The notes beneath the pieces are model-generated. The model was not told the DNA's origin. It saw only the letters and a list, made by a program, of their open reading frames with translations, and ran no database searches. A program made the position numbers and the translations under genes. From Anaerolineae bacterium (GTDB taxonomy: Bacteria; Chloroflexota; Anaerolineae; B4-G1; SLSP01): a stretch of 64,000 nucleotides of DNA. Every line of letters begins with the position of its first letter. The first letter of the stretch is position 1. The stretch covers positions 1,135-65,134 of the forward strand of contig JAFGFI010000018.1 in assembly GCA_016931185.1 (NCBI GenBank). The letters are read 5' to 3'. This document shows positions 28,023-37,329 of the stretch, piece by piece.

Positions 28023-28988
28023 ATGATCTTCTTAGGCATTGATGTTGGCGCGAGTAAAACGCACGCGGTGTTGGCCGATGAAAGCGGGTTTGTACTCGGT
28101 GTGGGACGCGCGGGATGTGCAAATTGGGAAGTCGTGGGATTGGATGGCGCGGGCGCGGCGTTAAAAACTTCCATTGATCAAGCGTTGGAAGCCGCCAATG
28201 CAACACCCGCGAGGATCACAGCCAGCGGCTATGGCCTGGCAGGTCTGGACTGGCCCAGCGATGAGACACGACTTGGCCCGGTGGTGGATGCCCTGGCGCT
28301 ACATGGCCCTTATACAATGGTCAATGACGCAGTTTTGCCATTGCGCGCGGGCACGGTAGATGGTGTGGGTCTGGCGGCTATCGCCGGGTCAGGGACAACC
28401 GTGGTGGGGCGCAACCGGGCAGGACAGATGGCGCGCAGTTTTGGCGCGGGCTACCCCTTCACCGATTGGGGCGGCGCGGGAGATATTGTAATGGCGGCAG
28501 TCAACGCGGTTGCGGCGGAGTATAAGGGCCTGGGACCGAAGACATCGCTTTCGGCGCGGATGTTGGCGGTCACGGGCTGCACAGAATTGGGGGAATTTCT
28601 CGAGAAGTTGATGCGGTGGCAGGTAAAAATGGATGGAACATTTGCCCCCCAAGTCTTTGCCGCTGCCCACGAAGGCGACGCTGCCGCGCTTGAAATTGTA
28701 CAGCGTGTAGGGTATGCGATTGGTGCAAATGTAGTTGCCGTAGCTCGCCGTCTGGATATGTTGAACACAAACTTTGATCTGGTCACAGCCGGTGGAGTTT
28801 TCTCCAGCCGCAGTAACTTACTCTATGATAGTCTGCGGGACACTGTAAGAGCAGAAGCTCCGGGAATTACAATTGTTCATTTGCAGGCACAACCCGTAGT
28901 TGGCGCGCTGCTGTTGGCAGCGGATTTAGTTAAACAGCCGGTGGATAAGGATGTTTTAGCAGGGCAAGTAGTTAAAGCGCTGGCCTAA
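28023..28988 (+). CDS. BadF/BadG/BcrA/BcrD-type ATPase (N-acetylglucosamine kinase-like)
   Basis: FLGIDVGASKTHAVLADESG ASKHA phosphate-1 motif. 321 aa. Confidence 0.75.
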   Translation: MIFLGIDVGASKTHAVLADESGFVLGVGRAGCANWEVVGLDGAGAALKTSIDQALEAANATPARITASGYGLAGLDWPSDETRLGPVVDALALHGPYTMVNDAVLPLRAGTVDGVGLAAIAGSGTTVVGRNRAGQMARSFGAGYPFTDWGGAGDIVMAAVNAVAAEYKGLGPKTSLSARMLAVTGCTELGEFLEKLMRWQVKMDGTFAPQVFAAAHEGDAAALEIVQRVGYAIGANVVAVARRLDMLNTNFDLVTAGGVFSSRSNLLYDSLRDTVRAEAPGITIVHLQAQPVVGALLLAADLVKQPVDKDVLAGQVVKALA

Positions 28989-28993
28989 AGTTT

Positions 28994-29629
28994 ATGACAA
29001 AAATACAGAAGCCGGGAATCGAGGCGGAAGCACAATTTTGGGCGCAAGGATGGATTCACGTGGCCGGGATAGATGAGGCTGGGCGAGGAGCATGGGCAGG
29101 ACCGGTGTATGCGGGCGCAGTTGTCCTGCCCCCACAGATGGAGATCTTAGATATGCTGGCTGGGGTGCGTGATTCTAAGACCCTGTCCGCACGCCAACGG
29201 GAGCAGCTATACCAGCGTATCCAGGAGGTCGCACTGGCTGTCGGCATAGGATGGGCCACCGCTAGGGAAATCGACATTCAGGGAATTGTGCCCGCTACGC
29301 GATTAGCTATGCACCGTGCCCTGGATACATTGACAGTTTCTCCCCAAGCGCTGGTCATTGATGCATTGTCATTACCCGACACTCCCTTGCCACAGCAAGC
29401 CTTTCCGTATGCTGACGCGCTTTCGCTTTCCGTAGCGGCGGCAGGCATTGTAGCGAAAGTCAACCGCGACCGTTGGCTAATCACCGAAGCCGACCTCTCC
29501 TATCCAGGATACGGCTTTGCTACCCATAAAGGCTATGGCACGCGGCAACACCAGACTGCCCTGGATACATTGGGAATTTGTCCACTTCACCGGCGCAGCT
29601 TTCGCCCCGTCAAGGCACGGCTGAAATGA
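28994..29629 (+). CDS. rnhB: Ribonuclease HII
   Basis: VAGIDEAGRGAWAGPV catalytic motif. 211 aa. Confidence 0.9.
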   Translation: MTKIQKPGIEAEAQFWAQGWIHVAGIDEAGRGAWAGPVYAGAVVLPPQMEILDMLAGVRDSKTLSARQREQLYQRIQEVALAVGIGWATAREIDIQGIVPATRLAMHRALDTLTVSPQALVIDALSLPDTPLPQQAFPYADALSLSVAAAGIVAKVNRDRWLITEADLSYPGYGFATHKGYGTRQHQTALDTLGICPLHRRSFRPVKARLK

Positions 29630-29631
29630 TA

Positions 29632-29675
29632 GTCAAACGTCAGATGTTAAGATGTTCTGACGCATGACGTTTGAC
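29632..29675. repeat. ACGT-core palindromic element with two mutually exclusive pairings
   Basis: GTCAAACGTCA(G) can pair with CTGACG (29657-29662) or with TGACGTTTGAC (29665-29675). Confidence 0.55.
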
Positions 29676-29712
29676 ACATTTACTTGCTCCTTTCATTCAC
29701 AATGTACCGGTT

Positions 29713-30909
29713 ATGAACATCGTAATGATTGGCCCCTTCGGCCTGTATCCACGAATGACGATGCGGGTACGCGCGCTGCCGCTAGCGCGCGCGTTAGTCG
29801 CGCGCGGACATAATGTGACCCTTTTGCTTCCCCCATGGCAAAATCCACGGGACGCTGGACATTGCTGGATAGATGAAGGGGTACATATTGAAAATATGCC
29901 ACTGCCTACCGGCGTACCAGGTTGGTTTCATTGGCGGCTGACGGCAGCGTTAGCACATCGCGCGCGCACGTTAGCTCCAGATGTGGTCCACGTCTTTAAA
30001 CCCAAAGCCTATGCCGGGCTGGCACACCTGGCACTGGCACGTCATTTACCGGTGGTGGTAGATGCCGACGATTGGGAAGGTCCGGGGGGCTGGAACGACC
30101 TTTCTCCCTACCCTACGTTGCTCAAGCAATTCTTCACCTGGCAAGAACACTGGGGTCTGACCCACGCCGGCGCGGTGACGGTCGCCAGCCGCGCGCTGCA
30201 AACCCTGGTTTGGGCTACCGGGCGGGCAGTCGAGAGTGTGTTCTATCTACCCAATGGCTTTATCCAACGTGAATCGGCCCCAGGAACAAAGCAAACTGTC
30301 ACAGATACTGGCAATGTACGGCCAACGTTGCTGCTCTACACCCGCTTTTTCGAATTTGATCTGGAAAGGTTATGGCGCGTGGTTCAGGGAGTACGAGGCC
30401 ATTATCCTGATACGCGGCTGCTTGTTATAGGCAAAGGTTTTTTCGAAGAAGAAAAGCGTCTGCTGGCTTTAGCCCGCGAAGCAGATTGGTCTGTAGTGGA
30501 GACAGACACGCTTGTTGCCGATACAGACCTGGTGTACACCGGCTTTGTCCCTCCAGAAACATTGCCTGACTACTTTTCACAAGCCACAGTAGCCCTTTAT
30601 CCCTTTGATGATACGCTGCTTAACCGCACTAAATGCCCTGTAAAGTTAATGGATTTATTGGCGGCAGGTGTGCCTGTAGTGGGCGAAGCAGTGGGGCAGA
30701 TTGTTGAAGATATACGTAGTGGAGAAAGCGGAATTTTGGTCATGCCGGGAGATGAACAGGCCTTCATTGCAGCGGTATTGAAACTCATAGATAATGCTGT
30801 CTATCGTCGTGAACTAGGAAACCATGCTATTGAAGATATGCGCGCGCGCTTCACATGGGGACGGTTGGTTTCTGTCGCTGAAGCGGCCTACAAATATGTT
30901 ACGTATTGA
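29713..30909 (+). CDS. GT4-family (GT-B) glycosyltransferase
   Basis: MNIVMIGPFG start typical of GT4. C-terminal EGxG-type region GESGILVMPGDEQA. The track start at 29671 is TTG inside a hairpin element, so ATG 29713 is preferred. Confidence 0.8.
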   Translation: MNIVMIGPFGLYPRMTMRVRALPLARALVARGHNVTLLLPPWQNPRDAGHCWIDEGVHIENMPLPTGVPGWFHWRLTAALAHRARTLAPDVVHVFKPKAYAGLAHLALARHLPVVVDADDWEGPGGWNDLSPYPTLLKQFFTWQEHWGLTHAGAVTVASRALQTLVWATGRAVESVFYLPNGFIQRESAPGTKQTVTDTGNVRPTLLLYTRFFEFDLERLWRVVQGVRGHYPDTRLLVIGKGFFEEEKRLLALAREADWSVVETDTLVADTDLVYTGFVPPETLPDYFSQATVALYPFDDTLLNRTKCPVKLMDLLAAGVPVVGEAVGQIVEDIRSGESGILVMPGDEQAFIAAVLKLIDNAVYRRELGNHAIEDMRARFTWGRLVSVAEAAYKYVTY

Positions 30910-30934
30910 CAACTTGATCGTATGATTCTATAAT
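30906..30934 (+). promoter_or_regulatory. Perfect-consensus sigma70 promoter TTGACA-17-TATAAT upstream of the aldolase gene
   Basis: TTGACA at 30906-30911 overlaps the TGA stop of the glycosyltransferase gene. TATAAT at 30929-30934. Confidence 0.6.
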
Positions 30935-30975
30935 GCTCAGGTATTTTGATTATTTTATACTAAGGAGAAATAGAT

Positions 30976-31893
30976 ATGCCGTTAGTGACAACACGAGAAA
31001 TGCTTCAAGCTGCCCTGAAAGGGCACTTTGCGGTTGGCGCGTTCAATGCCAACAATATGGAGATGGTTCAGGCCATCGTCGAGGCGGCAACCGAAGAGCG
31101 CGCGCCCGTGATCTTGCAGGTCAGTCAGGGGGCGATCCGCTACGCAGGACTGCCCTTTGCCGCAGGGCTGGTCAAGATCGCCGCAGAGAATACCGATATT
31201 CCTGTCGCCTTGCATCTTGATCATGGCACCGATTTTGACCAAAATGTACTCTGCCTGCGCGCAGGATTCACTTCACTAATGTTCGATGGGTCAAGTCTAC
31301 CCCTGGAAGAAAATATTGTAATCAGCAAGCGTGTCTGTGACATCGCCCACATTTGCGGTATTCCTGTTGAGACGGAGCTGGGCAAAGTACTCAAACGTGG
31401 AGCGACGCCGGAAGAAGTTAAAGATGCTATGGCCAAGCCCGAAGATGCCAAGCGCTTTATTGAAGAGACCGGGGCGGATTCATTAGCCGTCGCTGTAGGA
31501 TCCATCCACGCATTGCTTTCCAAAACTGCACTGCTTGACATAGAACGACTGGAAGAAATCCACCAGATTATTCCTGAGATCCCCCTGGTGTTGCATGGAT
31601 CATCGGGCGTAATCGAAGATAGCGTGGTTGAAGCGCTGGATCATGGGGTTGCTAAAGTCAATGTTGCCACCTATCTATCACAGGTATTCACGTTTACACT
31701 GTTTGAGCAACTAAAGCAGCATCCAACAGTTGAGGATCCGCGCAAGCATTTAGTTCCGGCCCGCGATGCCGCCAAAGAGCGTGTGCGCGAGAAGATTCGC
31801 CTTTTCCGCTCCAATGGCACTGTCACCAGCAGTGGTTCATTCAAAAGTCCGCCAACTCAACACCGTGTCGCCGACATCGGTGAACCAGAATGA
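30976..31893 (+). CDS. Class II fructose/tagatose-bisphosphate aldolase
   Basis: AVGAFNANNMEMVQAIVEAA and ALHLDHG motifs. AAGGAG lies upstream of the ATG. Confidence 0.85.
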   Translation: MPLVTTREMLQAALKGHFAVGAFNANNMEMVQAIVEAATEERAPVILQVSQGAIRYAGLPFAAGLVKIAAENTDIPVALHLDHGTDFDQNVLCLRAGFTSLMFDGSSLPLEENIVISKRVCDIAHICGIPVETELGKVLKRGATPEEVKDAMAKPEDAKRFIEETGADSLAVAVGSIHALLSKTALLDIERLEEIHQIIPEIPLVLHGSSGVIEDSVVEALDHGVAKVNVATYLSQVFTFTLFEQLKQHPTVEDPRKHLVPARDAAKERVREKIRLFRSNGTVTSSGSFKSPPTQHRVADIGEPE

Positions 31894-31902
31894 TCATGTA
31901 AT

Positions 31903-33042
31903 ATGGTAACCGTCTCCAATCAAGACAAAGCGGCCATCTGGAAGGCTTTTAATGCCGGCCATCCGGTGCGCGTGCCTGTTACCCTGATAACCAACCCACG
32001 CATCATTTTGCTCGATCCGCGTCTCAATCCAAAAGGGATCACGTTCGAGCAATACTTCGTCGATCCGGCAACAATGGTCGAAGTACAATTGCAGCACGCG
32101 CTCTACCGTGCCCAGGTCATCAACCGTTACTGTGATGAACCTGCCGGTCTGCCTGAATACTGGACGGTCTACGTCGATTACCAGAACACATACGAGGCTG
32201 CTTTTTTTGGAGCGGAAATTATCTATCGTCCAGGACAAGTCCCCGATGTGCGGCCACCCTACACCGGTGAACGCCGTGAGGCAATCTTTGACATAGATAT
32301 TGACCGTCCATTGAGCCAGGGTATTTTCCGTCAAGGGTTAGAAACTTACGCGCGTATGGTTGAGTTGACCGACAAGATGACATTTAAGGATCGTCCGGTC
32401 AAGATCACCCCCTATTTTGTCGGCGGGACCGATGGGCCGGTAACAGTGGCGATGAACGTGCGAGGAACCGAGTTCATGACCGATTTAGCACTTAATCCAG
32501 ACTATGCCCAACGGCTGATGGCGTGGATTACCGGCGCCGCCATTACGCGCGTCCGCGCGTTCCGTGCTTATTGGGATCAACCGGATGTGGGTGGGGGGCT
32601 GGCCGACGATTCTATTCAACTTATCAGCGCGCGGATGTATCGCGAGATGGTATTACCTCACCACCGTCGTTACTTGGACGCGCTGTGCCCAGGTCAGGCA
32701 CGTGGCATTCACCTCTGCGGGGATGCCACGCGCCATTTCAAAACTATCCACGACGCACTCAATGTATGGGATTTTGATACCGGTTTCCCGGTAAACTTTA
32801 GTAGGTTACGGCAGGAACTTGGTCCTGATACCACCATTCGTGGCGGGGTTGAGGTCACGTTACTGCTACATGGCACACCAGAAGCCGTTTACGCGCGGAC
32901 GAAAGATATTTTACAATCTGGAATTAAACAAGGGGGGAAATTCATCTTGCGCGAGGCCAACAACCTCCCCCCCCGCGTACCGGAAGGAAATCTAGCCGCG
33001 ATGTATCAGGCTTGCCTGGATTATGGAAATTATGAGGCGTAA
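31903..33042 (+). CDS. URO-D family protein (second paralog, sugar-gene context)
   Basis: 379-aa ORF with URO-D-like sequence character, tightly packed between the aldolase and the 678-aa protein. Confidence 0.55.
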   Translation: MVTVSNQDKAAIWKAFNAGHPVRVPVTLITNPRIILLDPRLNPKGITFEQYFVDPATMVEVQLQHALYRAQVINRYCDEPAGLPEYWTVYVDYQNTYEAAFFGAEIIYRPGQVPDVRPPYTGERREAIFDIDIDRPLSQGIFRQGLETYARMVELTDKMTFKDRPVKITPYFVGGTDGPVTVAMNVRGTEFMTDLALNPDYAQRLMAWITGAAITRVRAFRAYWDQPDVGGGLADDSIQLISARMYREMVLPHHRRYLDALCPGQARGIHLCGDATRHFKTIHDALNVWDFDTGFPVNFSRLRQELGPDTTIRGGVEVTLLLHGTPEAVYARTKDILQSGIKQGGKFILREANNLPPRVPEGNLAAMYQACLDYGNYEA

Positions 33043-33045
33043 GAT

Positions 33046-35082
33046 ATGAGCGAACTACGACTTGAAGATTGGATGATGCCCGCGGCGGACCTCGGTCCGG
33101 AAAACCCGTTTCCCCCGCTACAAACGACACGCGATATCCATACCCAAACACAGCAAGAAATACCCGGTATTCCTGCCGAAATGCTGCGAAATATGGCTTA
33201 TGGGCATGTTCCCAATATTTTGCCCTATACTATCCAGGACGGCTACACGCGCGAGCGCAAGCCTCGCGCATTTCGAACCGCAGTGCTGGAGAATGAATAT
33301 CTGCGCGCGACTTTTCTCCTGGAATTCGGCGGGCGGCTTTGGTCATTGCTGCACAAACCCTCCGGGCGAGAACTCCTGGATACTAACCCTGTCTTCCAAC
33401 CGGCAAACCTGGCACTGCGCAACGCCTGGTTCAGCGGGGGAGTAGAGTGGAATATCGGCATCATCGGTCACTCACCGTTTACGTGCTCTCCATTGTTTGC
33501 CGCGCAACTGCACACACCGGACGGAACGCCGGTGCTGCGCCTGTACGAATGGGAACGGATTCGCCAGGTACCTTTTCAAATTGATGCTTACCTGCCCGAT
33601 GTCTCGCCGGTACTTTTCGTGCGAGTGCAAATCCTTAATCCCCATAACCATGAAGTGCCTATGTACTGGTGGTCCAATATCGCTGTGCCTGAGACTTCCC
33701 ACACGCGCGTCTTGGTTCCTGCAGACAAAGCCTACTCATTCGGTTACGGCGGGCCCGGGTTAGATGTTGCCTCCATCCCCGTGGTAGATGGTATTGACAT
33801 CACCTACACCACCAACATCAGTCGTTCTGCCGATTTCTTCTTTCACATCCCTGATGGGCAGCGGCACTGGATCACGGCACTGGACGAAAATGGGCGTGGC
33901 TTGATTCAAACCTCAACCGCGCAGTTGCAGGGACGGAAATTGTTCCTCTGGGGAATGGGAGCCGGCGGACGGCGATGGCAAACGTTCCTTTCACAACCTG
34001 GACAGGCGTACATCGAAATTCAGGCCGGCTTGGCGCGCACACAAAAAGAGCACCTGCCAATGCCGGCAGGCGCAGAATGGATGTGGCTTGAGGCTTACGG
34101 GATGATGGAGACCGATCCGGCAGCCGTACATAACCAAGATTGGTCATTGGCTCGCCAGGTGGTAGCCGATCGTCTGGAACAACTTATTCCTCGTGAAGCA
34201 CTTGACGCCGAGTTTGCGCGCAGTGCGGCATTTGCCGACCGTCCGCCCGAAACGATCTTACAGCATGGCTCAGGATGGGGCACGCTGGAACGTCTCCGCC
34301 GCGAGATAGCGGGGGAACCCCCTTTCTGCTCTACAGCACTGGACTTCGATACGGCATCGCTAGGGGAAGCACAAACGCCCTGGCTCGCGTTGCTCAATGA
34401 TGGCGTGCTGCCTGCCCTCGATCCCCACATAGAACCACGCGCCTTTATCGTGCAGAAAGAGTGGCGCACATTGCTTGAAAGGGCGATTTCTGTTGAAGAA
34501 AACGGAAATTGGTTAGCCTGGCTGTACCTGGGTGTGATGCGTTACCAGGATGGGGAGCGCGACGGCGCGCGACAAGCCTGGGAAAGGTCACAAGCACAGA
34601 CCGCGACCCCGTGGGCTGCGCGGAATCTCGCGTTGCTTGCCTGGGAAGAGCAGCGATTCGATGATGCAACCGTCCTGTATACGGCTGCATTGCGCCTGCG
34701 CCCAGACCTCCCGCAGCTCGCAATAGAATGTGGGCGGATGTTGCTAGAAATGGAACGGCCTCGCGAATGGTTAAATTTACTCGCGGAGTTGCCCGAGGGA
34801 TCCCGTACGCTGGGCCGTGTACGGTTGTTGGAAGGGCAAGCAGCACTAGCAGTGGGTGACTTTGCACGTGTCGCCTCCCTGTTTTCCGAATCTCTGACCA
34901 TTGAGGATCTGCGCGAAGGAGAAAGATCGCTTTCCCATCTCTGGTTTGCATATCACGAGCAGCGTTTGAGCGTCGCGGAAAATGTGCCCATTGACGAGGG
35001 ACTCCGTGCCCGCGTGCGCCGGGAATTCCCTGTGCCAGAGGCTATTGACTTCCGTATGTCAAGCGATACCCCTACGGTATAG
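33046..35082 (+). CDS. DUF5107-like protein with C-terminal TPR-like repeats
   Basis: 678 aa. The motif region FQPANLALRNAWFSGGVEWNIGIIGHSPFT resembles DUF5107 proteins as I recall them. C-terminal helical repeats (LALLAWEEQRFDDATVLYTAALRLRPD). Confidence 0.45.
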   Translation: MSELRLEDWMMPAADLGPENPFPPLQTTRDIHTQTQQEIPGIPAEMLRNMAYGHVPNILPYTIQDGYTRERKPRAFRTAVLENEYLRATFLLEFGGRLWSLLHKPSGRELLDTNPVFQPANLALRNAWFSGGVEWNIGIIGHSPFTCSPLFAAQLHTPDGTPVLRLYEWERIRQVPFQIDAYLPDVSPVLFVRVQILNPHNHEVPMYWWSNIAVPETSHTRVLVPADKAYSFGYGGPGLDVASIPVVDGIDITYTTNISRSADFFFHIPDGQRHWITALDENGRGLIQTSTAQLQGRKLFLWGMGAGGRRWQTFLSQPGQAYIEIQAGLARTQKEHLPMPAGAEWMWLEAYGMMETDPAAVHNQDWSLARQVVADRLEQLIPREALDAEFARSAAFADRPPETILQHGSGWGTLERLRREIAGEPPFCSTALDFDTASLGEAQTPWLALLNDGVLPALDPHIEPRAFIVQKEWRTLLERAISVEENGNWLAWLYLGVMRYQDGERDGARQAWERSQAQTATPWAARNLALLAWEEQRFDDATVLYTAALRLRPDLPQLAIECGRMLLEMERPREWLNLLAELPEGSRTLGRVRLLEGQAALAVGDFARVASLFSESLTIEDLREGERSLSHLWFAYHEQRLSVAENVPIDEGLRARVRREFPVPEAIDFRMSSDTPTV

Positions 35083-35094
35083 AGCCAAGAAAAA

Positions 35095-35130
35095 AGCGAC
35101 GCCTCTCTATTGTAGAGAAGCGTCGCTTTC
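35095..35130 (+). terminator. Hairpin terminator after the 678-aa gene
   Basis: AGCGACGCCTCTC / GAGAAGCGTCGCT arms (one mismatch), 7-nt loop, A-run before and a short T-run after. Confidence 0.55.
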
Positions 35131-35444
35131 CAATACCCCCTAATCAAGGCCATTTCGAACCCCTAGATTCCTTAATACGGATTCAAAAAACACCCTCAAA
35201 CCCTCGTTTCTGTCTGGAGCAGGTGACAGAAAACGATAATCACTCACAAAACTAAACGGTTACATTTTGGATAAAGAGCCATTAGAGAATCCAAATTTGA
35301 GTCGGAATCTGTGATAAAATCTACGGTAGTCATAAGATTCTTCTTTATGCTGCGGGTTACCCGTCATTCATACCTTGAAGAAACACTAACAGCAAAGTTT
35401 ATGTAGATGTACATTTATTCTTAAGGAGAATCAGGTATCGGCGG

Positions 35445-36434
35445 ATGAGGTCATCTGATAAGTATATGTGGATAGAACGTGAATTGAAATACTTTGCAAG
35501 TTTATCTTATATGAGTAAAAGCATAGATGCATCTATATCCAGTGGTGTAACGATTGGGGCGTTTGATGGTGTGCATCTTGGACATCAGGCTCTGATTCAT
35601 TCTGTGGTTGAGAACGCACACGGAATGGGGGTACAGGCAGTGGCGGTAACTTTTGACCCTCTTCCACGCCAAGTGTTGGGACGTGCAGTACACACGATGC
35701 TTTCCGATATTGAAGAACGCGTTGACCTGTTAGGTCATTTAGGATTAGATGGCGTGATTGTGTTGCCATTTAACCAGCAGATGGTGTCAATGCCGGCTCA
35801 GGCCTTTGTCGAATTCTTAGTTCACCGCTTAGGGATGCGCCATTTGTGGGCCGGTGCGGATTTTGCGTTAGGGCATCGGCGTGAGGGGGATATCGCATAT
35901 CTGACTACAGCCGGGCGGGAAAAAGGCTTCACCGTCCATCTTTTTGACAAGGTGGTGCAATGGCAAGGCGTGCCAGTGCGCAGCAGTCGCGTGCGTCAAG
36001 CATTACAAAACGGTAACCTAGATGAAGCTAATGGGTGTTTGGGGCGCCCTTATCGCCTTTCTGGTGTAGTGGGATATGGGGATAGACGAGGGCATACGTT
36101 GGGATTTCCAACGGCGAACCTGGATTTACCGGAGGCACGGCTGCGCCCCGCTAATGGCGTGTATATTTGTCGCGCACATCTGACGATGGGAAGTTTTAAT
36201 GCACTTACCAATGTCGGGACCCGTCCTACCTTCAACAATCGTCCTCCCACAGTAGAAGCTCACTTGTTGAACTTCTCCGCGAATATTTATGGTGAGCAGA
36301 TAAAATTAGATTTTCTACATTATTTACGCCCAGAGATAAAGTTTTCCTCCGTAGATGTGCTGGTTAAACAGATGCAGCAAGATGAGCTAATGGCAAGGGA
36401 TTGGCTGGATGGCAGGATCAAACCATTACCATAG
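35445..36434 (+). CDS. ribF: Bifunctional riboflavin kinase / FAD synthetase
   Basis: GAFDGVHLGHQALI nucleotidyltransferase motif and C-terminal riboflavin kinase region GFPTANL. Start uncertain (35445, 35466 or 35511). Confidence 0.85.
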   Translation: MRSSDKYMWIERELKYFASLSYMSKSIDASISSGVTIGAFDGVHLGHQALIHSVVENAHGMGVQAVAVTFDPLPRQVLGRAVHTMLSDIEERVDLLGHLGLDGVIVLPFNQQMVSMPAQAFVEFLVHRLGMRHLWAGADFALGHRREGDIAYLTTAGREKGFTVHLFDKVVQWQGVPVRSSRVRQALQNGNLDEANGCLGRPYRLSGVVGYGDRRGHTLGFPTANLDLPEARLRPANGVYICRAHLTMGSFNALTNVGTRPTFNNRPPTVEAHLLNFSANIYGEQIKLDFLHYLRPEIKFSSVDVLVKQMQQDELMARDWLDGRIKPLP

Positions 36435-36496
36435 TGTTATTGGTGCAGGATCACGCTAGATCGAAGAGATGTATTAGCATTATAAATGAGTGAATA

Positions 36497-37312
36497 ATGA
36501 ACAAAAAATTAAAAATTGAAAGTCAAAGGAAAGATACATTTTGCCAACAATTGCGGGAACTACCCGCATTCCGTGCACTGTTACGCGCGGTGGAAGCGGA
36601 TTTTTATACAGATTTGCCATTGCCCCATCCTATTCTCGATCTGGGATGTGGCGATGGACACTTTGCGTCGGTGGCTTTCACCGAGAAACTAGATATGGGG
36701 TGTGACCCCTGGTGGTCGCCGCTCCAGGAGGCACAGAAGCGAGCGAGGTATCGCGTGTTGTCGCGTGCCAGCGGGGCCGGGTTGCCTTTTCCTGATGCCA
36801 GCTTTGCTACAGTTATCAGTAATTCTGTATTGGAACATATTCCCGCTGTTGAGCCGGTGATCCACGAGGTAGCGCGTGTGCTTAAGCCCGAGGGCTGGTT
36901 CCATTTCTGTGTTCCAGGGCCAAATTTTCGACGATTTCTCTCTGTAGCACGTGGTTTGGAGGCAATTGGATTGAGGGGATTGGCAGAAAGTTATCGGAAG
37001 CTCTTTGATCGCATCTCACGCCATTACTATTACGACACACCGGAAGCGTGGCAGGCACGGCTTGAGCGCGCCGGATTGCAGTTAGAGCGATGGTGGAGCT
37101 ATTTTTCACCCGGGGCATTAGCAGCTTTGGAATGGGGACATCCACTAGGATTGCCCTCGGTAATAGTGAAAAAACTCAGCGGACGATGGTTGTTGGTGCC
37201 ACAACGTTGGAATCTCGCGTTGACCGAGGCATTACTGCGTCGTTATTATGAAGAACCCTTACCTGAAGAGGGAGCCTATCTATTTTTTGTGGCTAAAAAA
37301 CCCGGTTTTTAA
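36497..37312 (+). CDS. Class I SAM-dependent methyltransferase
   Basis: ILDLGCGDGH motif I. 271 aa. Confidence 0.75.
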   Translation: MNKKLKIESQRKDTFCQQLRELPAFRALLRAVEADFYTDLPLPHPILDLGCGDGHFASVAFTEKLDMGCDPWWSPLQEAQKRARYRVLSRASGAGLPFPDASFATVISNSVLEHIPAVEPVIHEVARVLKPEGWFHFCVPGPNFRRFLSVARGLEAIGLRGLAESYRKLFDRISRHYYYDTPEAWQARLERAGLQLERWWSYFSPGALAALEWGHPLGLPSVIVKKLSGRWLLVPQRWNLALTEALLRRYYEEPLPEEGAYLFFVAKKPGF

Positions 37313-37329
37313 GAAAAACCGGGTTTTTT
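37296..37329. terminator. Bidirectional palindromic terminator spanning the overlapping stops of two convergent methyltransferase genes
   Basis: AAAAACCCGGTTTTT aag AAAAACCGGGTTTTT(T), with both TAA stops in the centre. Confidence 0.6.

Noticed and set aside
9534-32974. Homopolymeric C8/G8 tracts (about 9534-9541, 17969-17976 and 32967-32974) as possible phase-variation switches.
   Set aside because: They encode Gly-Gly or Pro-Pro inside the body of conserved enzymes and kinases, not near 5' ends or in surface or restriction genes. Only a sequencing-accuracy caveat remains.
35131-35444. FMN (RFN) riboswitch upstream of ribF.
   Set aside because: None of the conserved RFN core strings are present. 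Only a generic CGTTTCTGTC/GACAGAAAACG hairpin is seen.
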